This document shows positions 27,101 to 34,576 of a stretch of DNA of 64,000 bases, one piece after another. The first letter of the stretch is position 1. Each line of letters opens with the position of its first letter. The notes below the pieces were generated by a model. It ran no database searches, was not told the DNA's origin, and saw only the letters and a list, made by a program, of their open reading frames with translations. The stretch is taken from NCBI GenBank assembly GCA_035941955.1, contig DASZDO010000096.1, positions 40,534 to 104,533 on the forward strand. The letters run 5' to 3'. The translations under genes were made by a program, and so were the position numbers. The DNA comes from Chthoniobacterales bacterium (GTDB taxonomy: Bacteria > Verrucomicrobiota > Verrucomicrobiia > Chthoniobacterales > UBA10450).

Positions 27101-27485
27101 GCCGCCGATAGAGAACGACGGTATCGTCACAGCCGAAGAAGTGGGCGGACTGAAACTCAATGGCACGTGGCTGGTCGTCCTCTCTGCTTGTGACACTGGC
27201 TCGGGCGAAGGACGCGCCGGTGAGGGGGTGATGGGCCTAAGGCGAGGTTTCGTCCAGGCCGGCGGGCAGAACCTTCTGATGACGCTATGGCCAATCAGCG
27301 ATGAGACGACCGTGCAGATCATGCTCGATTTCTACGCAACGGCGGAGAAGACCCGCAACGCACCTAAAGCCCTCGCAGAGGTGCAGCGCACCTGGCTGGT
27401 TAAGCTTCGCAAAGAGTTCGGCTTGTCCGACGCCGTTGAATTGGCCGGCCCGTTTATCATGAGTTCGCAGGGCAAACCGTGGTAA
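24189..27485 (+). CDS. TPR (12 x 42-aa TPR_12/kinesin-light-chain-like repeats) - coiled coil - CHAT (caspase-like) protease domain protein
   Basis: GGAGG precedes the ATGATG at 24189. The repeats read AEPLYQRALKIREKALGPDHPDTAxALNNLAxLYxSxGDYAK. The CHAT dyad context is VLHLATHGFFL (His) and WLVVLSACDTGSGE (Cys). Confidence 0.85.
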   Translation: MMTDEQDDLARLSSLKQVGELYQARKFREAVPIAQKSLELSEKALGPDHPDTVRALNNLAGLHYSLGDYAQAEPLYQRALKIREKALGPDHPDTAQALNNVAVVYDSLGDYAKAEPLHQRALKIREKALGLDHPDTAGSLNNLGELYRSKGDYAQAEPLYQRALKISEKALGPDHPDTGPALNNLAALYYSMGNYAKAEPLYQRALKISEKALGPDHPDTAQALNNLALLYYSRGDYAKPEPLYQRALKIREKASPDHPGTATVLSNLAELYNSQGNYAKAERLVQRALKIREKALGPDHPDTATDLTSLALLYRCLADYAKAEPLYQRALKIREKALGLDHPDSADALNNLAELYRSMADYAKAERLLQHALKIREKAFGPDHPDTALAFNNLAGLYYSMGDYGQAEPLFQRALKIDEKALGPDHPATATILNNLAELYRCVADYAKAERLLQRALKIREKAFGPDHPAIATTLNTLAKLYSSMGDYAKAEPLLQRALNIRDEVLGSDHPATATVLNNLAAIRIDLGDARDAFASATRAGEAEEKYLSNILSFTSEQQRLIFQKTTQPYTLFATLGSAAELAQTVLRQKGVVLDSLLEDRLAAEASGDPKQREVITKLRGAKQRLMQLVLEVPKDLSEAAQKHRAAEKERLSTEVEQLEGGLARQVAGLGKARRALSVTVPQIQCVLPKQAVLIELLRYSHYLGKGKFETSYGAVVIPARGKPEWVPLGAAAEIEKDVKLYQKSVRGETDEPTLRYVLKALEERVWAPIEKALPEKSKTVILSPDGELSFVSFATLLTPDDRFLGEKYSIRYVASGRDLLRETKPSSDPMTVVFANPDFDSQAITRTTGPSSAVVLRSLEMRALQSIRLDALPGTADEAAALKKRGGKAVKVFLGPKATEVKLGQVNSPRVLHLATHGFFLPETELGKQTDPLHQPGESPKTMPEHPMHRSGLALAGAQRTFNAWSRGEVPPIENDGIVTAEEVGGLKLNGTWLVVLSACDTGSGEGRAGEGVMGLRRGFVQAGGQNLLMTLWPISDETTVQIMLDFYATAEKTRNAPKALAEVQRTWLVKLRKEFGLSDAVELAGPFIMSSQGKPW
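24273..25781 (+). repeat. Twelve tandem 126-bp coding repeats (TPR units) with high DNA identity
   Basis: The same 126-nt unit (one 41-aa variant) is read directly in the sequence. Long stretches such as CAGCGCGCGCTCAAGATCAGAGAGAAAGC recur. Confidence 0.9.
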
Positions 27486-27572
27486 GACCGCAATTCCGGG
27501 GGAGGAAAATTAGAAGGGATTGGAGTAGCTTTGGTGTTGCGATTCGGAGCCTTTAATTGATGGCGAGAAATC

Positions 27573-27836
27573 ATGAATGAACATTGCACCCACTTGGAGC
27601 AGATTAGAGACGACATCGTTCCCAGCGCGGATGGGTGTGAGGAGTGTTTGAAGATCGGTTCGCCCTGGGTCCATTTGCGGCTCTGCCTGACGTGCGGACA
27701 CGTAGGTTGCTGCGACTCTTCGCCGAACCGCCACGCCACGAAACATTTTCACGCCACCGGGCATCCAATCGTCCGATCTTTTCAGCCGGGCGAAGACTGG
27801 GCGTGGTGTTACGTCGATGAAATGTTCCTAAGCTGA
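27573..27836 (+). CDS. UBP-type zinc-finger (ZnF-UBP) domain protein
   Basis: CTHL...CEECLKIGSPWVHLRLCLTCGHVGCCDSSPNRHATKHFHATGHPIVRSFQPGEDWAWCYVDE carries the full Cys/His pattern of bacterial stand-alone ZnF-UBP proteins. Confidence 0.8.
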   Translation: MNEHCTHLEQIRDDIVPSADGCEECLKIGSPWVHLRLCLTCGHVGCCDSSPNRHATKHFHATGHPIVRSFQPGEDWAWCYVDEMFLS

Positions 27837-27977
27837 GTCAGAGTCCAAAGGGAGCCCACCCGACTTTCACGGTGCCTAAGAATTCCCATCGCCCCTCGTT
27901 CGCCCCTCGTTCCCAAGTTGCACTTGGGAACGCGCCTGTCTCCGAGGCTGCGCTTCGTGAGCTCGATCTGAGGCGCG

Positions 27978-29492
27978 CTACGCGCTGCGATCGGCTGAAA
28001 ATCCCCGGCGCCAGACGAAGTAAACGGGGATGCCTGTCAGCACCAGCAGGTATCCGATTCCGGAAGTGGTGGGCGCGAGATAGGCCAGGTCGAAGATCAA
28101 GAGAGCGGCGAGGAAAGCAGAAACGATGGGGACGATCGGATATCCCCAGGTGCGATACGGACGTTCCGCGTCCGGTTTCTTCCGCCGGAGGACCATGACC
28201 GCGACTGCGAGCAGGATGTAGAAGACAAGGTCGGCCGAGACGATGTACTCGAGGAGTTGGGTGTAAACGTTGCCGTAGCTGGCGGCGCCAGTGGCCGGGT
28301 TCGTGGTCGCCGTCCGCGGAAGGGTAAGAAACGCGGCCCAAATACCCTGGGCGACCAATGCGGCGGCCGGAACGTTGCGCGAGTTGATCGTTCCGATGCG
28401 GCGGAAAAACAAACGGTCGCGCGCCATCGCGTAATAGACGCGCGCGCCGGCCAGGATGAGCCCGTTGTTGCAGCCGAAAGTGGAAATCATGATCGCGCCG
28501 GCCATGGCCAGCGCACCTGGCCGGCCAAAGACGGAATTCATCGCGGCGACCGCCACGCGATTTTGGGGCGCGTGTTGAATACCCTCGAGTGGCAGGGTGG
28601 CGATATAAGCGAGGTTCGCCAGGACGTAGAGAACAACGACCAGCCCGCACCCGGCCAGGAGCGCGCGAGAGAGGTTTCGGCCGGGATCGCGGACCTCACT
28701 TCCGATGAAAGTCACGTTCGTCCAGGCAGTTTGCGCGAAAAGCGGTCCCACCATCGCTTTTCCGAGCAGCAAAACGAGCGCTAGCCCTCCGACGACGGTG
28801 AAACCGGGTTGCGCCGTCTGCGGGCTCCACCCGTTTTTCCACGAATCCCACCAATCGGCGGAAAGTGCCGCGCTCTCGGCCTTCCAGCCTAACGAAAGGC
28901 CGATGACGATCAGGGCGAGAAGCGCCGCAGTCTTCGCGAAGGTAAAGGTGTTCTGGACAAACTTTCCCGTTTCAAGACCGCGCGTGTTTGTCCAGGTGAG
29001 CAAAAAGATCAGCGCGACGGCCACGAGTTGTTCAGTCGACAGACTGATGGCGTAGCCGCCAAAGAGATGAATGGGGCTGATGAGATAATGATCGGTGGCG
29101 ACGGCGGGCGCGAAGACTCCCACAAACTTCGCGAATGCAATCGCGACCGCGGCGATCGTTCCGGTTTGGATGACGAGAAAAAGCGTCCAGCCAAAAAGGA
29201 AACCGAGCGAGGGCCCGTAAGCTTCGCGCAGGAAAACGTAAACTCCGCCGGCGCGTGGCATCATTGCCGCCAGTTCGGAGCAGCAGAGCGCGCCGGTTAT
29301 GGTCATCAAGCCCGCCAGCGCCCAAGCCAGCAGCAGCCAGCCCGGCGCGCCGGTCAGCCGCGTGGACTCAGCCGAGGTAATAAATATGCCGGACCCAATC
29401 ATCGAGCCGACCACGATCATGGTCGCGTCGAGTGGTCCGAGACCGCGCACCAATCTCTGATCTTCGCCGCGCGATGCTTCAGGCTCTGGCAT
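27978..29492 (-). CDS. APC-family amino acid permease
   Basis: 504 aa with about 12 hydrophobic helices. The N-terminal motif GSMIGSGIF.TS is typical of the APC superfamily. Confidence 0.8.
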   Translation of the reverse strand: MPEPEASRGEDQRLVRGLGPLDATMIVVGSMIGSGIFITSAESTRLTGAPGWLLLAWALAGLMTITGALCCSELAAMMPRAGGVYVFLREAYGPSLGFLFGWTLFLVIQTGTIAAVAIAFAKFVGVFAPAVATDHYLISPIHLFGGYAISLSTEQLVAVALIFLLTWTNTRGLETGKFVQNTFTFAKTAALLALIVIGLSLGWKAESAALSADWWDSWKNGWSPQTAQPGFTVVGGLALVLLLGKAMVGPLFAQTAWTNVTFIGSEVRDPGRNLSRALLAGCGLVVVLYVLANLAYIATLPLEGIQHAPQNRVAVAAMNSVFGRPGALAMAGAIMISTFGCNNGLILAGARVYYAMARDRLFFRRIGTINSRNVPAAALVAQGIWAAFLTLPRTATTNPATGAASYGNVYTQLLEYIVSADLVFYILLAVAVMVLRRKKPDAERPYRTWGYPIVPIVSAFLAALLIFDLAYLAPTTSGIGYLLVLTGIPVYFVWRRGFSADRSA

Positions 29493-29538
29493 GGGAGTTT
29501 GGATCAGCTGTTCTTGCGCTGGTCTCCGAGATCATTTT

Positions 29539-29680
29539 GGTAGGGCGAGACTCTGTCGAGCCGGACGTGGCGAAACAATCCACCGGCTCGACAGAGTCTC
29601 GCCCTACCAACACAACAGAGCCTCGCCCTACCAACGCAATACAGTCTCGCCCTACCAACAGAACAGAGTCTCGCCCTACC
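29539..29680. repeat. Perfect 26-bp-stem hairpin followed by three 24-bp tandem repeats of its distal arm
   Basis: GGTAGGGCGAGACTCTGTCGAGCCGG (29539-29564) pairs with CCGGCTCGACAGAGTCTCGCCCTACC (29583-29608). Then AAC.CAA.ACAG(A/T)(G/C)(C/T)CTCGCCCTACC occurs three times, up to 29680. Confidence 0.9.
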
Positions 29681-29697
29681 AGGAAATGTGCTCATTG

Positions 29698-30444
29698 TTA
29701 AGTGGGCGCTTGAATCGACACGCCGCTGTTTTCCAGGCTTGCGCGAAGGGCGCGGACAAAGGCAACCGCGCCGGGTGTGTCGCCGTGCACGCAAATGGTC
29801 TCGGCGCGGACTTGGACATCCTTTCCGTCGACCGAACGAACCACGCCTTCGCGCAGCATTCGGAGCACTCTCTTCGCGGCTTCCTCGGGATCGTGCAGCA
29901 GCGCGTCAGGCCGTGTGCGCGGGACGAGCGATCCATCCGAGAGGTAATTCCTATCGGCAAAAACTTCCCGCACGACGCGCAGCTTCGCGGATTGGGCGGC
30001 GCGCTCGAGCACGCTTTCGCCTGGCGCGAAGAAGAGCAAGGATGAATCGATCGCCAGGACGGCATGCGCGATCGCTTCCGCCAGTTTCTCATCGCGCACC
30101 GCCATGTTGTAAAGCGCGCCGTGGGCTTTCACATGATTTGCCCGGGTGCCAGCCGCCGTGGCCAGGGCGTGGAATGCGCCCAGCTGGTACGCGACAAGGG
30201 CGAAAACTTCGACTGCCGGAAGCGCGATCTCTTTTCGGCCAAAATTTTCCCGATCCATGAAACTTGGATGTGCTCCCACGGCCACGCCACGCTCACGGGC
30301 CGCGCGAATCGACGCCAGGATGGAGACCGGATCGCCGGCGTGAAAGCCGCAGGCAATGCTGGCTGAACTCACCAGCTGCAATAGCTCATCATCGTGGCCG
30401 GCGCCTTCGCCCAGGTCGGCATTGAGATCGACGCGCATGTTCAT
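29698..30444 (-). CDS. pxpA: 5-oxoprolinase subunit A (LamB/YcsF family)
   Basis: VDLNADLGEGAGHDDELLQLVSSASIACGFHAGDP is the canonical PxpA N-terminus. Last gene of a pxpB-C-A arrangement. Confidence 0.85.
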   Translation of the reverse strand: MNMRVDLNADLGEGAGHDDELLQLVSSASIACGFHAGDPVSILASIRAARERGVAVGAHPSFMDRENFGRKEIALPAVEVFALVAYQLGAFHALATAAGTRANHVKAHGALYNMAVRDEKLAEAIAHAVLAIDSSLLFFAPGESVLERAAQSAKLRVVREVFADRNYLSDGSLVPRTRPDALLHDPEEAAKRVLRMLREGVVRSVDGKDVQVRAETICVHGDTPGAVAFVRALRASLENSGVSIQAPT

Positions 30445-31442
30445 TCCAGGTGCAGATCGATTCCAATGCGGAAGCGCGCGAAGTCCTCTTCGCGTTCGCG
30501 CAGGAGATTTTGCGCCTCGGCCAACGAGACTTCATGAAAACGAACGAGATCGCCGGGCCAAAGCTGCGCGGCAATTGACAGGTCCACCGTGATCACGTGC
30601 GCGATTTTCGGATAACCACCGATGGTTTGGCAATCACCGAGCAAGAGAATCGGCTTCCCGCTGGGCGGAACTTGCAACGTGCCGGGAACGACGGCCTCTG
30701 AAAGCAGATCGGCCGAATCGACCCGATCCAGCTTCGGTCCATCGAGACGGACGCCCATGCGATCGGAATCGGATAACACGGTAAAGGGTGCGCTGAACAA
30801 TGAAGTCTGCGCTTCTGTGGTGAAGCGGTTCCAGTCCGCCCCTCGAACGACGCGCAGAAAACGGTCGCGGTGCGCCGTCGCCGCCCATGGAGCGGGCGCA
30901 CTCCATTCAGAAACCCAGGAAGCGGCGGTTTGCGATCGCCGACCAATCAAAAGGGCGGTTTCAAACCGCCGCTCCTTGGCGCCGAGCGGCATCTGGTCGC
31001 CGTCACGCAGAGCCCGCCCCTCATGGCCGCCAAAGTTCCCGCGCAAATCCGTGGAGCGGCTGCCGAGGATCGGCGGCACATCGATGCCGCCCGAAATTGC
31101 CAGCCAGGCCCGCGAGCCGGTTTTCGGGGCGGTCATGACAAGCTCTTCGTCCTTCGCGATGAGTCCGGCGTGGCCGGACGGAAGATTTCCATCGCCGATG
31201 CGAACGGTAAACGCGCCACCGCACCACGCTACGACGCGTTGATCGTCAAAGCGGAGGCGCAGGTTGCCGAGCGTAGCCTCCAGACCGGCGGCTGAATCTT
31301 CGTTGCCAACCAGCGCGTTCGCGACCCGCATCGCATGGGAATCCAACGCGCCGCCGATTGAAATCCCCGACTGCCGGAAGCCGGTCCGCCCCAGGTCCTG
31401 CACGGAGGTGACAAAGCCGGCTGACAGGATGTTTACGTTCAT
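30441..31442 (-). CDS. pxpC: 5-oxoprolinase subunit C (KipA / allophanate hydrolase subunit 2 family)
   Basis: The N-terminus ILSAGFVTSVQDLGRTGFRQSGISIGGALD is typical of PxpC, as is its position between pxpB and pxpA. Confidence 0.8.
   Translation of the reverse strand: MNVNILSAGFVTSVQDLGRTGFRQSGISIGGALDSHAMRVANALVGNEDSAAGLEATLGNLRLRFDDQRVVAWCGGAFTVRIGDGNLPSGHAGLIAKDEELVMTAPKTGSRAWLAISGGIDVPPILGSRSTDLRGNFGGHEGRALRDGDQMPLGAKERRFETALLIGRRSQTAASWVSEWSAPAPWAATAHRDRFLRVVRGADWNRFTTEAQTSLFSAPFTVLSDSDRMGVRLDGPKLDRVDSADLLSEAVVPGTLQVPPSGKPILLLGDCQTIGGYPKIAHVITVDLSIAAQLWPGDLVRFHEVSLAEAQNLLREREEDFARFRIGIDLHLE
30916..30979. repeat. REP-like CAAGGAGCGGCGGTT-family element lying inside the pxpC reading frame
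   Basis: CAGGAAGCGGCGGTTT...GGGCGGTTTCAAACCGCCGCTCCTTGG has the same architecture as the intergenic copies at 33894, 52842 and 53638. It is translated as ...GAKERRFETALLIGRRSQTAAS... Confidence 0.5.
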
Positions 31443-31463
31443 TTCATCGCGGCCGCCGCGCGC

Positions 31464-32168
31464 TCATTTTCTCGCGGATTCAAATTCTTCGCGCGAAATT
31501 TGGCGGAAACGCACCCGATCGCCTGCCTGAAGAATCGTGGGAGGTTCGCGCCGAACGTCGAACAAACAGAGCGGGGTGCGTCCGATCAGATTCCAACCGC
31601 CCGGCGAACTTCGCGGGTAGATCCCCGTTTGCGCGCCGCCGATCCCGACGGAACCCGCGGGAACTTCTTTGCGGGGCGCTGCCCGGCGCGGGGTGGCGAG
31701 TTCCGGCGGCAGACCGCTCAAGAATGGAAAGCCCGCGATGAATCCCACACAGTTGACCCGATAGGCCGCGTTCGAATGGCGATGAATCACTTCGCTATCA
31801 GCCAGGCCGGCAACTCTTGCGACATCATCAAGATCCGGTGCAAACTCGCGATCGTAGCAAACCGGGATCTCAATCAGGGGCGCCTCGAGGTCCCCTTCGC
31901 TTTCAACGGAACGAACTTCGAGCGCGCTCTCGATTCTTGTTCTGAGCCAGGCGGTGGGATCGGCCCCAGGCGTCGCGACCCTGGCTGGATCAAAAAAAAC
32001 GCCAACCGTGGAGTAAGCCGGTGCCAACTCGGTCACGCCTGGAATCGCTGCTTCCTCAAGAGCGCGAAGGGCGGCGAGCACCGCATTCACAGAGGCGTCG
32101 GGGTCGCGCGCGAAATCGTCGACGACGCGAACAATCAGCGCCGAATCTCCCAGCGGATCGATTTGCAT
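31464..32168 (-). CDS. pxpB: 5-oxoprolinase subunit B (KipI / allophanate hydrolase subunit 1 family)
   Basis: PLGDSALIV, VPVCYD-like IPVCYD and GFxxGFPFL motifs. Lies upstream of pxpC. Confidence 0.8.
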   Translation of the reverse strand: MQIDPLGDSALIVRVVDDFARDPDASVNAVLAALRALEEAAIPGVTELAPAYSTVGVFFDPARVATPGADPTAWLRTRIESALEVRSVESEGDLEAPLIEIPVCYDREFAPDLDDVARVAGLADSEVIHRHSNAAYRVNCVGFIAGFPFLSGLPPELATPRRAAPRKEVPAGSVGIGGAQTGIYPRSSPGGWNLIGRTPLCLFDVRREPPTILQAGDRVRFRQISREEFESARK

Positions 32169-32172
32169 GGCC

Positions 32173-32457
32173 TCATCCGCGAGCGGCGTTACCGGATGAA
32201 TCTTCCGCCGAAACCGCGATAGCCACGTCTTTCACGTCCTTTTTTATCTTTTCGACCGCGGGATGGACTTCCTGGAGCAGGTCATGCTCGACCTTGGACA
32301 ATGTCTCTATCCGCTTGGCCACTTCCTGCAATTCCTCCAACATCGCTTGCTGGCGGCACGAGAGACGATGCATCCACCAAAAGCAGCCCACCCAGCAACC
32401 GGTTCCGATCCAGCCGAGGATAAGGGCCATCGTCTGCACATCGAAGCGCGTATTCAT
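32173..32457 (-). CDS. Small membrane protein (hypothetical), first gene of the pxp cluster
   Basis: 94 aa with one TM helix (ALILGWIGTGCWVGCFWW) followed by a helical tail. Its stop lies 5 nt before the pxpB start. Confidence 0.45.
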   Translation of the reverse strand: MNTRFDVQTMALILGWIGTGCWVGCFWWMHRLSCRQQAMLEELQEVAKRIETLSKVEHDLLQEVHPAVEKIKKDVKDVAIAVSAEDSSGNAARG

Positions 32458-32548
32458 TCAGCTGGTCTTGCACGGGATTTGAAATGTCGTGTCATCCGGA
32501 TAATAGGCAGGGAATTAATCGCCGCACTTTGAGCGAAAGCCAACTCCA

Positions 32549-33181
32549 ATGACCTACCTGCTCGCACTCCTGGCTAACGGCGCGGGAATGCTCTTTATCT
32601 ATTCGCTGATGGCGTTCGCGCTCGTTCGGCTTCATTGGCACGGGCGCGGCACCCTGGCCGTGCTCGCGGCGATGGTCGTCGCGGGACAATTTTGGATCGG
32701 ACCGACTCTGATTGTCCGCCATTCAAGTGCCGCCGGTCTCGCGTCCTACTCACTCTCGTTCTGTAACTGGTTGATCTCGGGATTCAGCATCATCGTGCTC
32801 TCCCAGGCCGTCAGATGGATTCCGCGACAACTGGAAGATTCCGCGCGCCTCGATGGTTGCAGCTGGTTCGGAACTTACTGGCACGTACTTTTACCGCTGG
32901 TCAGGCGCGAGCTTTGGTTAATCGGTTTTTTGACCCTGATGGGAACGTCGGTTCTTCTGCTCACTCCACTCGTGGTCTTTGATGGTGGATTCCTGACCCA
33001 GGGGTTTGCTTTGCTGTTTCCGGCCTGGAAGGGCGGACTCGCCCCCACCCGAAACATCGGCTTAATGATGGGCGCTTCGCTGATCGCGGCCTTGCCGGTA
33101 ATCGTGGTTTTCTTTTTCGCGAAACATTATCTTCAGCAGAAGACGGCTGGAGGGACGACCGCTGTGTCGTCCATACGGTAG
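32549..33181 (+). CDS. ABC transporter permease (BPD_transp_1, MalG-like), short and orphan
   Basis: EAA-loop-like EDSARLDGCSWFGTYWHVLLPLVRRE. Only 210 aa, and no cognate ATPase or binding protein is nearby. Confidence 0.55.
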   Translation: MTYLLALLANGAGMLFIYSLMAFALVRLHWHGRGTLAVLAAMVVAGQFWIGPTLIVRHSSAAGLASYSLSFCNWLISGFSIIVLSQAVRWIPRQLEDSARLDGCSWFGTYWHVLLPLVRRELWLIGFLTLMGTSVLLLTPLVVFDGGFLTQGFALLFPAWKGGLAPTRNIGLMMGASLIAALPVIVVFFFAKHYLQQKTAGGTTAVSSIR

Positions 33182-33225
33182 GACGCCGCGGCGGGCGTCC
33201 CTCCAGAAGACATCACAACCGCCCC

Positions 33226-33813
33226 TTATTTCGCGCGCGCCGCTTCGATTTCGATCTCGACCGAAACGTCGTCGCCGATCATAAATTCGCCGCCGGTGCC
33301 CTTCCCTACCCCGAAGTCGCTCCGTTTGAGTGGTGCCGTGGTGACACGCCAGCGGGTCGTTGGGGTTTCCGCAGCCGGTTTGGCATCGCTCAGCAATTGA
33401 ACCTTTAGAGTTATCGGGCGCGTCACACCGTGCATCGTCAGGTCCCCGGCGATTTCTCCCGCGTTCGGCCCTGTTGTTTTCACCCCCCGGCTCTTGAAGG
33501 TGATCTCCGGATATTTGCGAACGTCGAAGAAATCCGCGGTGCGCAGATGGTCGTCGCGTTTCGGATTTGCGGTATCGATGCTCGCCGCCTGGATCGTCGC
33601 GACGACCGACGATTTTTCCGGGTGTTCGCGGTCGACCTCGATGGTCCCGTTGAACTTCGTAAATCTTCCTTTCGCCGTCCCAAGGAGGTGCCGGACCTTG
33701 AAGGCGATCGTCGAATGCGTGGGATCGAATTTAAAAATCTCATTCGCACAAACTGAGGAACCACCGACCACCAGAGACAAACCAATCGCGAGCAGGAGAC
33801 GAGAGGGTTTCAT
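33226..33813 (-). CDS. yceI: YceI-family periplasmic protein
   Basis: FKFDPTHSTIAFKVRHLLGTAKGRFTKFNGTIEVD and the C-terminal VSVEIEIEA are hallmark YceI motifs. Signal peptide present. Confidence 0.85.
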   Translation of the reverse strand: MKPSRLLLAIGLSLVVGGSSVCANEIFKFDPTHSTIAFKVRHLLGTAKGRFTKFNGTIEVDREHPEKSSVVATIQAASIDTANPKRDDHLRTADFFDVRKYPEITFKSRGVKTTGPNAGEIAGDLTMHGVTRPITLKVQLLSDAKPAAETPTTRWRVTTAPLKRSDFGVGKGTGGEFMIGDDVSVEIEIEAARAK

Positions 33814-33893
33814 GGGACAAATTGGTTCAGACCGACGCGGGTTGGCAAGTGGCCGATAGTAACAGCGCCGTTACAATTCCGATAAAGCGGCAG

Positions 33894-33952
33894 CCAAGGA
33901 GCGGCGGTTTACAAACCGCCGTTGGGGGCGATTTGGAAATCGCCCTTCCTTG
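33894..33952. repeat. REP-like element, CAAGGAGCGGCGGTT family
   Basis: CCAAGGAGCGGCGGTTTACAAACCGCCG...GGGCGATTTGGAAATCGCCCTTCCTTG: two internal hairpins enclosed by CAAGGA/TCCTTG. Confidence 0.8.
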
Positions 33953-33985
33953 ATGGACCGCTGCGCGGGGCGAAGCGGCACTGGC

Positions 33986-34531
33986 TTAGCGCGGTGAAAG
34001 GGCCTTACGCAGATCCGCCCGCGAACCCGGCAGCCGGCCGAAAAGATTCGCGAGCGCCAGCGCCGGATTGCTCTTGATCATTGTGGTGTCGTGCACGCCG
34101 GCGATCCTTGCCAGCTCGGTTTCGAAATGGAGCACCGCGCGAAGATTGGGGTCTTTCGAACTTAAATAGGTGAAGGCGCGCCGGAGCAGTGCGAAGAGCT
34201 CCGGCTCGTGATGGTCGGACTCGGTGCAAATCTCGATTAACTCGACGAAATAGGAGGCAGCCTGCGTCCGGCGAAAATTTTCCCGAATACCGCCAAACGG
34301 GTTCTTGAGCGCGACTTCCGTGAGCGTGTGCAGGTTCGATTTCCTGCTGCGCGCGATCTGGATTTCTGCCTCGAAGAACAGATCAAGCTTGCCGGCAAAC
34401 GGGCTCTTCGCGCGCCGGGCGCCCCGTGCGACTGTTTGAATGCAGCCCAGCGACTCGGTGCACCACGAGACGATGAGACTGGTGTCGCTCAGCTTGCGCT
34501 TTCGCAGCAGGATGCCGGTCGTGCTTTCCAC
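33986..34531 (-). CDS. recO: DNA repair protein RecO (short form)
   Basis: GILLRKRKLSDTSLIVSWCTESLGCIQTVARGARRAKSPFAGKLDLFFEAEI matches the RecO OB-fold N-terminus. Confidence 0.75.
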   Translation of the reverse strand: MESTTGILLRKRKLSDTSLIVSWCTESLGCIQTVARGARRAKSPFAGKLDLFFEAEIQIARSRKSNLHTLTEVALKNPFGGIRENFRRTQAASYFVELIEICTESDHHEPELFALLRRAFTYLSSKDPNLRAVLHFETELARIAGVHDTTMIKSNPALALANLFGRLPGSRADLRKALSPR

Positions 34532-34576
34532 GCTGCACTGTTACCGCCATATGGCCGTGCGTGCATCCGCTGGCGG

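Noticed and set aside
27485-27978. The ZnF-UBP gene as an unambiguous member of the TIR/CHAT module.
   Set aside because: It is not rejected as a gene. However, stand-alone ZnF-UBP proteins are widespread in bacteria in unrelated contexts, so linkage here rests on adjacency and strand only. It is kept as a hypothesis inside the finding rather than as a separate claim.
29609-29680. The 24-bp tandem repeats considered as a CRISPR array.
   Set aside because: The repeats are contiguous with no spacers and there are only three units. They derive from the adjacent hairpin arm, and no cas genes are in the window.
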